Position numbers and translations under genes: made by a program. From a virus, in IMG/VR virus record IMGVR_UViG_3300001533_001295, positions 1 to 64,000 of that record: 64,000 nucleotides of DNA. One strand, written 5' to 3'. Under the pieces are notes generated by a model. It saw only the letters and a list, made by a program, of their open reading frames with translations, searched no databases and had not been told where the DNA came from. Position 1 is the first letter of the stretch. Every line of letters starts with the position of its first letter. Below, piece after piece: positions 55,531 through 64,000 of this stretch.

Positions 55531-57942
55531 ATGTCTACAGAATTAAATAAGATACTCACTCACGTTAAGCATGCGTTCGATAAGACCAATAATGTTATTG
55601 GCTCTGAGCATAGGCGTATAACAGCCGCTAGAGATTATTTAAAGCGGGCAGACTACGTTGCTAACCGCATGAATAACTTTGAGCGGGCTTTTGGTGCTGT
55701 AGCTTATACCTATCTACAGGAAAAAGCTCCCGGTCTATTGCCGTATGTAGTCGGCTTTCAGCTGCTAGATAAGGATGAAGACGGCGAGCGCGGTGCCGGT
55801 GTGTTTATTGCTAAGATCAGCGATAAGATAATCGACGTGCCTATGTTCTTTATAAATAATGAACTAAAAGGCCACGTCTTGATGCGTCTCAGGCACCCGA
55901 ATTTGTTCTTGCCTTTACGCGAGTCATTTGTTGACTATTTATTTTCTCGGATGCCTCAAGATTTAGGCGATCCCAGCTCACTTTCTTTAAGTGAACTTCC
56001 CAACTCAGCTCAGCCCGACATGCAGGTCTTTGATCCGGTACACATGCTCAAGCAGAGCAGTGTTGCCGAGTACTTAGAGCCTTGGGCTAGAAGTGTTGAT
56101 GCGTTCGAGACATTAAGTATGTACTCACCTAACCCTATTACTAGGGAAGTGTTTGACGCTGTACGTACCAAGAAGGCTAGCCGCATGATTGTGGACCTTC
56201 AAGACGTATTTATGCAGCATCCTGTGTTGTTTAAGGCAGCTAAAGTATTAGCTTTAGAGTTCCCTGGCTTTGCTGCCAAGATGAACAAGGGCTACGGAGA
56301 TACTTGGGTAGCTGATATCGAGCGAGAGTTCGAGCTTCGTAAAGAAGCGGCTAACTGCTTAAAACTCTACGAAGCTGAAGGCGAGCTTAGATTAACCGGC
56401 ACGGCTAAAACAGCTTCTGTGTCTGTCTATACCAGTGTTCCGCCATTTACTGATCCTGACGAGGCCGATCATATTCGCGGCGAGATCAGGAAGTGGGGCT
56501 GCTACATTGATGACAAACGAGCTGAAGATCAGACTTCCATGTTCCTAGACTCGACCGTAGCTCGAGTTATAGAGTCGGACATGGATCTTGAGAGTCCGTC
56601 GTTTGCAGGCAGCTACGATGTCTTAATGCGTGACGGTAAGTATAAGTCGGTGATGATTGTTCCAGGTCCTAGAGTTGTTGGACTTGATAACCGTATCGAT
56701 TTAATCGTAGATGCTTCATCTAAGAAAGCTGCGCTGGTCAGCCGTAACGACTACGTAGCTAAGACCGTCAAGAGCGGAACTAATACCGAACCTAGGCTCG
56801 CCTGGAATGAGACGTTTAAGAAGCTCTCCTCTAGGGTATCTGCTGGTATCGGCGTGTTCATTAGCCCAGCGGGTCAGGCTTCTGTGCCTGTGAGCTTACG
56901 TAATAAAGTAAGTAAAGACTCGTGGGATGCTTACGATTCAGCTTATAAGTTATTCAGCGACTTTTCAGGTGCCAGCACGCATGGAACTCCTGACGTAGAC
57001 TTCAACGGCATTAATAAGGTTCGTATCTACGACACAGAGAATGCTAACGCTGAAATCTTTGTCCGCAAAGATGAGCTGGTAGTCCCAAGTAACGCTAAGT
57101 TCATTAAGTTCTCCGATTCGGACAGCATGAGCTCTGATGATAAGTTACCTGTCCAGCAGACAGCCAGCTTGTCGTTCCAAGAATTAGTCAATATGTCTAA
57201 CGTTAAATTGACTAAACATTCCAGTGACCGCTATGTACTCAACGGCGCTAATTGTACGGCGTCTCAGGTCAGAAACTATTTAGTGTTCCAGGCTCACCTG
57301 GATAAGACTTCCGCTGAGTACATGTTAGACCAAGATATAGGTACCAAGTACTACGTAGTATCTAAGCCCGGCCAAGACATCACTATTGATCATTTAAATA
57401 AAACGGCTCAGTTTGATGAGCCGACTTTACCTTTCCCCGATATGCGTAATACGCAGCCCGGTCCTACCGGAAACTACGCTGTAACCAACCTGCCGGATGA
57501 AGAAGAAGTCAGAGGTGACTTCAATCCTACGCGCCAACCTATGCGTGAAGGAGAGACGCCTGAAGAGCGTCTGGGTCTAGACTTAGCTTCAGCTGGCGGA
57601 ATGCCTGCTATGGGTCAAGACGGCGGCGTAGATGACGGTCTGTTCGATGTCTCGGGCCTTACAGCTTTACTTAAAGCAACAAGAATTGACTCGCAGCTTA
57701 GGACAGTGTCTAAAACTTTAATCAACGCGATCGATCAGCTAGGGCAAGTTATATTCTTGTTCTACGCAAACCCAGACGCGTTCCAAGATTATTACGGTGA
57801 GACAGAGATGTCTGACCTAGAAGATGCGCTCATTAGTAATTTCGAATCACTCGGTGATTTGTTTATATCGCTAACAAGGCGCTCAGCCGAACCTGACCCA
57901 CTATTAGATATATCCACTCTTAAAGCTGAGAACTTTATATGA
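55531..57942 (+). CDS. Large probable virion protein (K-x-A motif family)
   Basis: 803 aa; KHA, KRA, KKA, KEA, KTA motifs. Confidence 0.65.
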   Translation: MSTELNKILTHVKHAFDKTNNVIGSEHRRITAARDYLKRADYVANRMNNFERAFGAVAYTYLQEKAPGLLPYVVGFQLLDKDEDGERGAGVFIAKISDKIIDVPMFFINNELKGHVLMRLRHPNLFLPLRESFVDYLFSRMPQDLGDPSSLSLSELPNSAQPDMQVFDPVHMLKQSSVAEYLEPWARSVDAFETLSMYSPNPITREVFDAVRTKKASRMIVDLQDVFMQHPVLFKAAKVLALEFPGFAAKMNKGYGDTWVADIEREFELRKEAANCLKLYEAEGELRLTGTAKTASVSVYTSVPPFTDPDEADHIRGEIRKWGCYIDDKRAEDQTSMFLDSTVARVIESDMDLESPSFAGSYDVLMRDGKYKSVMIVPGPRVVGLDNRIDLIVDASSKKAALVSRNDYVAKTVKSGTNTEPRLAWNETFKKLSSRVSAGIGVFISPAGQASVPVSLRNKVSKDSWDAYDSAYKLFSDFSGASTHGTPDVDFNGINKVRIYDTENANAEIFVRKDELVVPSNAKFIKFSDSDSMSSDDKLPVQQTASLSFQELVNMSNVKLTKHSSDRYVLNGANCTASQVRNYLVFQAHLDKTSAEYMLDQDIGTKYYVVSKPGQDITIDHLNKTAQFDEPTLPFPDMRNTQPGPTGNYAVTNLPDEEEVRGDFNPTRQPMREGETPEERLGLDLASAGGMPAMGQDGGVDDGLFDVSGLTALLKATRIDSQLRTVSKTLINAIDQLGQVIFLFYANPDAFQDYYGETEMSDLEDALISNFESLGDLFISLTRRSAEPDPLLDISTLKAENFI

Positions 57943-58325
57943 CCGCGTTTGATCCATACACGTATCAACCTGGAGATGCCTGGACTTCTACCGAGTTCTT
58001 CGGCCGGGCTCTAACTTTGCCTAGAGTTACAGCCACGTTCTCAGCTGGTGGCCAGACTACTACTCCTAGTTACTTTGAGTTTAGAGACGGCCGCATTCAA
58101 GACAGGCCTGGTGTTAGCGTTTATATACGTAAAGTTGGTTCTGGAGCTATCTCTATTACATTAGAAGACTCCAGAGATAACGGCGTTAACTGGGTTACAG
58201 TTAAGACGTACAACAACGAAGGTATCGATGAGATTGAAGTCGATACTCCAAGAATGCTTAGGCTTAAGTGTATCTCTTTAGGTGCTTCTACTACGGCTGA
58301 AGTTAAACTAAGTCAGGCGATGTGA
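57939..58325 (+). CDS. Hypothetical beta-sandwich protein
   Basis: ITLEDSRDNGVNW motif. Confidence 0.65.
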   Translation: MTAFDPYTYQPGDAWTSTEFFGRALTLPRVTATFSAGGQTTTPSYFEFRDGRIQDRPGVSVYIRKVGSGAISITLEDSRDNGVNWVTVKTYNNEGIDEIEVDTPRMLRLKCISLGASTTAEVKLSQAM

Positions 58326-58543
58326 TGCCAAACACAATTAAACACCCAGACCACCCTATATGGTCTGTAATTAGGCTCGCAGTAGTTAACGTGTCCGTCC
58401 TGGTGGCTGTCTATATGCTGTCAGGAAGCGACAACCGCGATCTTTGGGTTATACTAGCTGCGCTAGGCGCATCCGGTGTTACCGAGTTTTTAACGTTCAA
58501 ACAAATTCAGAAAGTAGATCGAGAGAACTTAGATAATAAGTGA
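58322..58543 (+). CDS. Small two-TM membrane protein (holin-like)
   Basis: Two hydrophobic helices, charged C-terminus. Confidence 0.5.
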   Translation: MMPNTIKHPDHPIWSVIRLAVVNVSVLVAVYMLSGSDNRDLWVILAALGASGVTEFLTFKQIQKVDRENLDNK

Positions 58544-58574
58544 TCTTGTTTACTTACTGACCGGACTGAACTTC

Positions 58575-58598
58575 AGCGCTCGAAAGAGCGCTTTTTTT
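58575..58598 (+). terminator. Rho-independent terminator
   Basis: agcgctc-gaaa-gagcgct plus T run. Confidence 0.75.
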
Positions 58599-58609
58599 AT
58601 GGAGAGTTT

Positions 58610-59065
58610 ATGTCTTGGTTTGATTTATTTTATGACGACCGCAAACTACTAAAACTAAAAGCTTTCATCAAATTTGCCAATCAGCTAGGCGATTTATCTA
58701 CCTGCAAGCGACGCCGCGTAGGGGCTATTATATTTCCTGAAGACTTTACCGAAGTGCTAGCCATAGGCTACAACGGACCTCCTAGCGGTATAGCTAATAA
58801 TTCGTGTAAAGATATATCAGCAAGATGTGGCTGCGTACATGCTGAGGCAAATGCCATAGTCAAGCTGCAGACACATAAAGAAAATCTAGTAATATACAGC
58901 ACCGTAACCCCATGCGAGCACTGTGCCGGTTTAATTATCAACACCAAGAAGATCAAATACTGTTTGTACTCTGTGCAGTACAGTAATGATGAAGGCCTGG
59001 ACAAACTTCTCAAGGCGGGTATCGAAACCAGAAAGCTGACAGAGATTATTGATGACTTCTCATGA
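58610..59065 (+). CDS. dCMP deaminase
   Basis: STCKRRRVGA, GYNG, HAEANA, PCEHC. Confidence 0.92.
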   Translation: MSWFDLFYDDRKLLKLKAFIKFANQLGDLSTCKRRRVGAIIFPEDFTEVLAIGYNGPPSGIANNSCKDISARCGCVHAEANAIVKLQTHKENLVIYSTVTPCEHCAGLIINTKKIKYCLYSVQYSNDEGLDKLLKAGIETRKLTEIIDDFS

Positions 59066-59615
59066 CGAAAAATTTTATAAATTAAAAGAAGTAGCAATCG
59101 TACTTAAACACGTATGTAGCCTCATTAATACTGAGAACTTATTAGTCATCCCTAGCCTGACAGGTAGATATTTTTATAGAGTAGAAGATAATATTTTCGA
59201 CTTAATTAATTCAACGAATAAATTATACGAAAGTAGTCGTAGTAATTATAGTAATTTTTTTATACCGGTAAAAGCTACTTCTTTAGCTGCAGAAGACCTA
59301 GATTTGGACTTAGTAGAACTAGGTTTAATTTTAGCCGAGTATCAAAAACTAAGCGTAAAGTTATCAGATAAAGAACACGCATTGGTTAGACTCCTGAAAA
59401 CTCTCAGAAAGTATTTAGGATCTTATACCGATATAATTTTGTATGTTTTAAATGAAACGCAGTTTATAGTTTTTGACCACTCAACTAAACTTAGTATTAA
59501 TTTATCTAACAATTTTAAGATAGAGCTATCAGATAATAACTATTATTTAATAAGAAATAAATTTCCTTCAGTAATAGTTGACGCAGAAGATATGTTTATT
59601 AAACCACATTTTTGA
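59049..59615 (+). CDS. Hypothetical protein
   Basis: 188 aa AT-rich ORF. Confidence 0.6.
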   Translation: MMTSHDEKFYKLKEVAIVLKHVCSLINTENLLVIPSLTGRYFYRVEDNIFDLINSTNKLYESSRSNYSNFFIPVKATSLAAEDLDLDLVELGLILAEYQKLSVKLSDKEHALVRLLKTLRKYLGSYTDIILYVLNETQFIVFDHSTKLSINLSNNFKIELSDNNYYLIRNKFPSVIVDAEDMFIKPHF

Positions 59616-59646
59616 GCACTTGCTTTTTATTGATTAAGCCCAGCCC

Positions 59647-59997
59647 ATGTATGAGTACGAAGCCATTATCTACAACGTCGTCGACGGAGACACGTTAGAT
59701 CTGACTGTAGATCTTGGTTTTGGTGTGCAGTTCTCACACAGGTTCAGGTTGCTTGATGTAGATTGTCCTGAGATCAACAGAGGCCCGTTAGATCAAAGAG
59801 AGTTAGGTCTGAGGGCTAAAAAATATGTCGAAGACTTAGTTGAGCTTAACAACAAACTTTGCCTAGTGAGAACACATAAGCGCAAAGGTAAGTTCGGCAG
59901 GTATTTAGCTAACATTTACTTTGAGCACAACGACTACGACCTATCTTTGTCTGAGTTGTTAATAAAAGAAGGCCACGGAGTTCCTTACGGTAAGTAG
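59647..59997 (+). CDS. Thermonuclease (SNase-like)
   Basis: VVDGDT, DLGF, RLLDVDCPE, GKFGRYLA. Confidence 0.88.
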   Translation: MYEYEAIIYNVVDGDTLDLTVDLGFGVQFSHRFRLLDVDCPEINRGPLDQRELGLRAKKYVEDLVELNNKLCLVRTHKRKGKFGRYLANIYFEHNDYDLSLSELLIKEGHGVPYGK

Positions 59998-60005
59998 AGG
60001 TAAAC

Positions 60006-60269
60006 ATGAAAATTGATGACGCTTTGATTCAAGACCTAGTTAACAATCGTCTGACGGGTCAACAAGAACAAGAGCTTTTTAAAGCTATCCTAAAAGATGA
60101 GAAGCTTAAGGATAAGCTAATAAAAATGCTAAGTGAAAATAATAAGATGGCCTGCGCACCAAAGGAGCCGACTAGCTTTTCGTCGCTCTCTAAAAGCGGC
60201 AAACCTATGACACACATTTCTGAGACGATTACAAAAAGGCAACGAGCTAAGCTCGGTAAAACGTCTTAA
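60006..60269 (+). CDS. Hypothetical protein
   Basis: 87 aa, RBS gagg. Confidence 0.6.
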   Translation: MKIDDALIQDLVNNRLTGQQEQELFKAILKDEKLKDKLIKMLSENNKMACAPKEPTSFSSLSKSGKPMTHISETITKRQRAKLGKTS

Positions 60270-60292
60270 TTATTAGCGTTTTTGCGCTATAT
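60265..60292 (+). promoter_or_regulatory. Putative phage promoter motif, copy 2
   Basis: cttaattattagcgtttttgcgctatat. Confidence 0.65.
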
Positions 60293-60341
60293 GTAGATGT
60301 AGCCAATTAGGCTACACAAACGGAGCCCCGTAGATTTGTGA

Positions 60342-60851
60342 TTGGTCTACGGGGCTCTTTTCAATCACACTTCAATCACTAGGAGATCTGATATGACGAC
60401 TAAAATATTACTGTCGATCATTAGTTTGTTACTCTTCGTCGTCGGCTGCAAAACTGACTACAGCGATTTAGAGACTCGCCCCCAGACAAGTCTCCAAGTC
60501 TCATTCGTCACCAATAAAGAAGGGATCGAAATGGAGAATATGGTGATTCTCCGCTACGGGCACCGAGAAAAACTCGTAGACAAGTCAAAGAACTTTAAGA
60601 CATGGGACGACCTTTTCCCTTTCTACTTGAAGCAGGCTTTAGAAGAGGCTGCCCTAGAATACCAAGTTACCCACTTGGAGATCGACGCCAATACAGTTGG
60701 CGTAAGGGTTAACCTTTGGATCAAAAACGCACTGCAGGACGTATTTGGCGTCCAAGAAGTCAAAGAAGTTCCTTACGAGCGCCGCTGGCCTGTGAGAATG
60801 TCAGATATTGAAGGCGTTCGGTGGCAACCTTCAACGAAATTGCCGTACTGA
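60342..60851 (+). CDS. Putative lipoprotein (likely start at MTTK)
   Basis: MTTKILLSIISLLLFVVG-C lipobox; RBS aggag. Confidence 0.7.
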   Translation: MVYGALFNHTSITRRSDMTTKILLSIISLLLFVVGCKTDYSDLETRPQTSLQVSFVTNKEGIEMENMVILRYGHREKLVDKSKNFKTWDDLFPFYLKQALEEAALEYQVTHLEIDANTVGVRVNLWIKNALQDVFGVQEVKEVPYERRWPVRMSDIEGVRWQPSTKLPY

Positions 60852-60855
60852 CCTG

Positions 60856-60900
60856 AAAAACCCTGATTACGTTTTACGTGTAATTGGGGTTTTTTTTAGC
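60856..60900 (+). terminator. Terminator, copy 1 of duplicated pair
   Basis: aaaaaccctgattac...gtaattggggtttttttt. Confidence 0.8.
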
Positions 60901-60913
60901 TCTTATAACTTAG

Positions 60914-60941
60914 CTTAATTATTAGCATTTTTGCGCTATAT
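60914..60941 (+). promoter_or_regulatory. Putative phage promoter motif, copy 3
   Basis: cttaattattagcatttttgcgctatat. Confidence 0.65.
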
Positions 60942-61034
60942 ATAGGTGTAGTACTAGCTGCCCGTAGTACTTCACATACTCAACACGTTGTTGTGTATGT
61001 AATCAAATGGGCAGTGTCTTAAAGGAGACATATT

Positions 61035-61430
61035 ATGACTTACAACAAATCCCTAATGGTCTTGGTTTTGGTTGTTGGATCCTCACTCGTTGGCTGTGAT
61101 AACGCGGCCAAGGAATTGACCGCAACTTTAAGCAGCTCCGTGGTCACGACGGGTGATAAACTTATAAGCCGAGAGGATCAGGCCTTGGCGGCTGGCGAAG
61201 CCGTCATAAAGGGACTCTTGGGGGGCCATCCGAACGAAGCCCAACACCATCTGTTGGAGCGGGCTTTAAGGCCCGTGCTCGAGAATCAAATCGCCAACGA
61301 GTCAAACCTTTTCGGAGGCTCACTCTATGATAATAGTTTGAGACTCCAGCAGCGGATTTTAAAGTTGGTTAGGTCTACGGACCTAATCGACCAGCTCAAA
61401 AAGCTGGCGGACGAGCCAGCTGCTGAGTAG
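61035..61430 (+). CDS. Putative lipoprotein
   Basis: MTYNKSLMVLVLVVGSSLVG-C lipobox; RBS aaaggag. Confidence 0.7.
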   Translation: MTYNKSLMVLVLVVGSSLVGCDNAAKELTATLSSSVVTTGDKLISREDQALAAGEAVIKGLLGGHPNEAQHHLLERALRPVLENQIANESNLFGGSLYDNSLRLQQRILKLVRSTDLIDQLKKLADEPAAE

Positions 61431-61434
61431 CGAT

Positions 61435-61479
61435 AAAAACCCTGATTACACTTTACGTGTAATTGGGGTTTTTTTTAGC
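61435..61479 (+). terminator. Terminator, copy 2 of duplicated pair
   Basis: Near-identical to 60856-60900. Confidence 0.8.
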
Positions 61480-61536
61480 CCTCACAACTTTACGCTAAAC
61501 TAATCTTGCAGGACAAACTCTAACAAAAGAGAAAAA

Positions 61537-62547
61537 ATGCCCAGCAAGAACAAGTTCAGTATGACTGAACTAGCGCTAAAGTATGTAGACGATTTTCCAG
61601 CAGCAGCCACAAGAACATTAGCCAGGATGATGTATAAAGATCATCCGAGAGTGTTCTTATCTATTGAGCGAGCCAGAGCTGTAGTCAGACGCATACGTGG
61701 TTCAGCGGGAGACAGGCCTACTGTAGCTAAAGCCAAGCAAAGGTCTAACCCTAAGGTTAGGTCTACCGGCTATCCAGCTTTACCTAAACCTGTGAAAGAG
61801 GTTGAAGACTGGAGAGCTTTCGCTGTTGAAGAACCCGGCGTAACAGCTGTATTTTCTGATATTCATATACCTTTCCACGATCCTCAAGCTTTAGAAGAAA
61901 CTCTAAAAGTAGCTAAGAGGCGTAAGGTAAATACTATTTTACTCAACGGTGATATAGTAGATTTCTACGCTGTAAGCCGCTGGGAACAGAACCCAGAGAT
62001 TAGAGATTTAAATAACGAGATAATGTCTTCTAGGCAGTTTTTAGCTCACCTAAGAGGCAGGTTCCCTGACGCTAGGATAATATATAAGGAAGGTAACCAT
62101 GAGAACCGCTGGACATCGTACATGACCGTACATGCTCCAGAGTTTCTAGCTGTTGATTCGTTTAAACTCCATGAAGTGCTAAAATTAACTGACTTAGGTA
62201 TAGAGTTAATTAGTGATCTCAGACCTATATCTTTAGGTAAGTTGAGTGTCATTCATGGACACGAGTACGCTAGATCTGTGTTCTCTCCGGTAAATCCAGC
62301 TAGAGGTTTGTTTTTGCGTGGTAAAACTACAGCTATGTGCGGCCACCATCATCAGGTGAGCCAGCATAGCGAGAGAACCTTAGAGGGTAAACAGCTGTCT
62401 ACCTGGAGTCTAGGTTGTCTGTGTAATTTGAATCCACAGTACATGCCTCTTAATAACTGGAGTCATGGGTTTGCTATAGTTGATGTGGAAAGTAGTGGCG
62501 ATTTCCATGTCGACAACATTAAAATAGTTAACGGTAAGAGTGTTTAA
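61537..62547 (+). CDS. Calcineurin-like metallophosphoesterase
   Basis: SDIH, NGDIVD, EGNHE, HGH, GHHH motifs. Confidence 0.9.
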   Translation: MPSKNKFSMTELALKYVDDFPAAATRTLARMMYKDHPRVFLSIERARAVVRRIRGSAGDRPTVAKAKQRSNPKVRSTGYPALPKPVKEVEDWRAFAVEEPGVTAVFSDIHIPFHDPQALEETLKVAKRRKVNTILLNGDIVDFYAVSRWEQNPEIRDLNNEIMSSRQFLAHLRGRFPDARIIYKEGNHENRWTSYMTVHAPEFLAVDSFKLHEVLKLTDLGIELISDLRPISLGKLSVIHGHEYARSVFSPVNPARGLFLRGKTTAMCGHHHQVSQHSERTLEGKQLSTWSLGCLCNLNPQYMPLNNWSHGFAIVDVESSGDFHVDNIKIVNGKSV

Positions 62548-62555
62548 CCTAAGAG

Positions 62556-63053
62556 TTGAGTAAAATGACTAACCTGTATAGACCTGGCGAAGTTATTGGT
62601 ACGAAGTATACCCGAGCTTATCGTGTTGAGGCTTCAAACCCTCTAAACGATATTCCTCACATTACTTTTGCCGAAGAGACGGTGTACAACCTAGACGAGA
62701 ATGGCCCGGTAACTAAGCAACTAGGTAATTTAAATACCTACCTAACGCCCGACAGTCTTGGCACTACGTTTGAACTTCGTAATCCATTTACCGGTGAAGC
62801 TATCGGCGAGGACATGACTTACGGCGAAGTCATGGCCATCCTCTACTCTCTTTACATTGATTTAGCTATCAAAAGAGATATAGCGGAAGCCGCACCTGAA
62901 CCAGAGCCCGATCCAGAACCAGATCCCGGCGAAGATCCGGATAATCCGGTAGATCCAGAAGATCCCACCGATCCAGAAGATCCCACCGATCCAGAAGATC
63001 CTATCGATCCCGAAGATCCCACAGATCCAGAAGATCCTGACGGCGATGACTAG
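62556..63053 (+). CDS. Hypothetical protein with PEDPTD repeat tail
   Basis: 18-bp tandem repeats gatccagaagatcccacc near 62950-63040. Confidence 0.7.
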   Translation: MSKMTNLYRPGEVIGTKYTRAYRVEASNPLNDIPHITFAEETVYNLDENGPVTKQLGNLNTYLTPDSLGTTFELRNPFTGEAIGEDMTYGEVMAILYSLYIDLAIKRDIAEAAPEPEPDPEPDPGEDPDNPVDPEDPTDPEDPTDPEDPIDPEDPTDPEDPDGDD

Positions 63054-63107
63054 CTTATAAGCACATAACGATTTCAGCTGTTAGACAGATGAACGTAGGG
63101 AAAAAGT

Positions 63108-63734
63108 ATGACGTCAAAAACTTACAAATCCTTATGTTTCATAGGTCCGACAGCTGTAGCAACTACGAACGGGCTTATACCGATACGGGACGTTAAGAAA
63201 GGTGACCTAGTCTATACGCTAGATGGAACAGCTAGACCGGTCTTAACTGTAGGCAGCCGAGTTTATTCTGGTGATATGGTTAAGATCTACTGTGGTGGTA
63301 GAGCAGTCTGTTGTACTTTAGAGCATCCTTTTTTTGCAGCCTATATAAACAAGATAGATGTAGATGGGATGTACAGGTTTCCACGTAAAGTCAAGAATGC
63401 CGTTAAACTTAGTTTAAAGGATTATCTACTTATTCCTTGGAATTTATTATTAAGTTACTCAGATTCCACTGAATTAAGGCATACTTACGCTAAGATTAAG
63501 GACAAAGACTTTTCGTCAAATAAAGCTGGAGCTTTAACTGCTTACGCTCAGAAAAGGGATATTAAAGCTGTAGGTTGCCGAGAAGGAGTAGCCAGGCGTA
63601 TTGATAGAGTTAGGCTTTTAGAAGCTAGAAATATACCTGTCTATAATTTAGAGGTAGAAGACAGGCATACGTACACCGCTGAGTTTTTCGCAGTTAGTGG
63701 TTGCGTTAATCCAAATATCCATGATATGACTTAA
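63108..63734 (+). CDS. Free-standing Hint (intein-like) domain protein
   Basis: SL|CFIGPTAVAT...CTLEHPF...VYNLEVEDRHTY...VSG|C with only 9 and 10 flanking residues. Confidence 0.8.
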   Translation: MTSKTYKSLCFIGPTAVATTNGLIPIRDVKKGDLVYTLDGTARPVLTVGSRVYSGDMVKIYCGGRAVCCTLEHPFFAAYINKIDVDGMYRFPRKVKNAVKLSLKDYLLIPWNLLLSYSDSTELRHTYAKIKDKDFSSNKAGALTAYAQKRDIKAVGCREGVARRIDRVRLLEARNIPVYNLEVEDRHTYTAEFFAVSGCVNPNIHDMT

Positions 63735-63799
63735 TTGCTGCTGGAAAGTCTAGCAGCTATTCTTGGGGTAGTAGTTCGGTTTAACCTTTGAGGTGTTTT

Positions 63800-64000
63800 A
63801 TGTCTTGTATCGCGTCTTTTCCGCGTCCTTCCTTAGCCTGTGCTCTCCAGCTGCTGCGAGCTTTTCGCACCGCCGAAGTACCTGTTCAAGAAATTACTCT
63901 GCGTCTTATTTCCCTGGCTGGTGGAGTTGTTAGCAACAGCTCTTTTAAAGGCGTCGAAGACGCTGCGCTGTGCTTTGAAGGCGGAATTACTATTCCTGCT
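63800..64000 (+). CDS. Hypothetical protein, 5' part (runs off window)
   Basis: RBS gaggtg, ATG 63800, open to window end. Confidence 0.55.
   Translation, partial: MSCIASFPRPSLACALQLLRAFRTAEVPVQEITLRLISLAGGVVSNSSFKGVEDAALCFEGGITIPA

Noticed and set aside
149-62252. Short minus-strand and off-frame ORFs nested in larger genes (e.g. 1486, 5860, 13341, 19550, 22725, 53174, 58768)
   Set aside because: Shadow ORFs of well-supported plus-strand genes, with no recognisable motifs.
5929-63040. Short tandem repeats at about 5.9, 15.9, 51.7 and 63.0 kb as regulatory or CRISPR-like arrays
   Set aside because: Units are multiples of three, lack spacers and encode low-complexity protein linkers.
1-64000. 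Genome-wide stop-codon reassignment
   Set aside because: Long conserved genes are intact in the standard code, and TAG, TGA and TAA all end genes at sensible boundaries.

Overview
Gene-dense, almost entirely plus-strand segment of a large tailed-phage genome (standard genetic code; a Planctomycetota-like host is a weak inference). It holds a replication/recombination block (SSB with DDIPF tail, RecA-like, ThyX, RuvC-like), a probable portal, and many probable virion proteins sharing a K-x-A/S motif. A phage multisubunit RNA polymerase is split unusually: beta is fused to the N-half of beta' at 28158-32576, and the C-half of beta' lies about 20 kb away with a mini-intein in the trigger loop. 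There are four tRNAs; two (Arg-UCU and a CAU Ile2/Met) are interrupted in the anticodon loop by group I introns whose HNH endonuclease ORFs read through the ribozyme core. Class Ia ribonucleotide reductase genes carry three inteins. A 6.3-kb array of about 28 tiny, highly diverged paralogous genes shares an R[YH]TGP motif. The window also has a 28-bp promoter-like motif present three times, duplicated promoter-lipoprotein-terminator cassettes, and a free-standing Hint domain. All functional calls come from motif recognition by eye, not from database searches.
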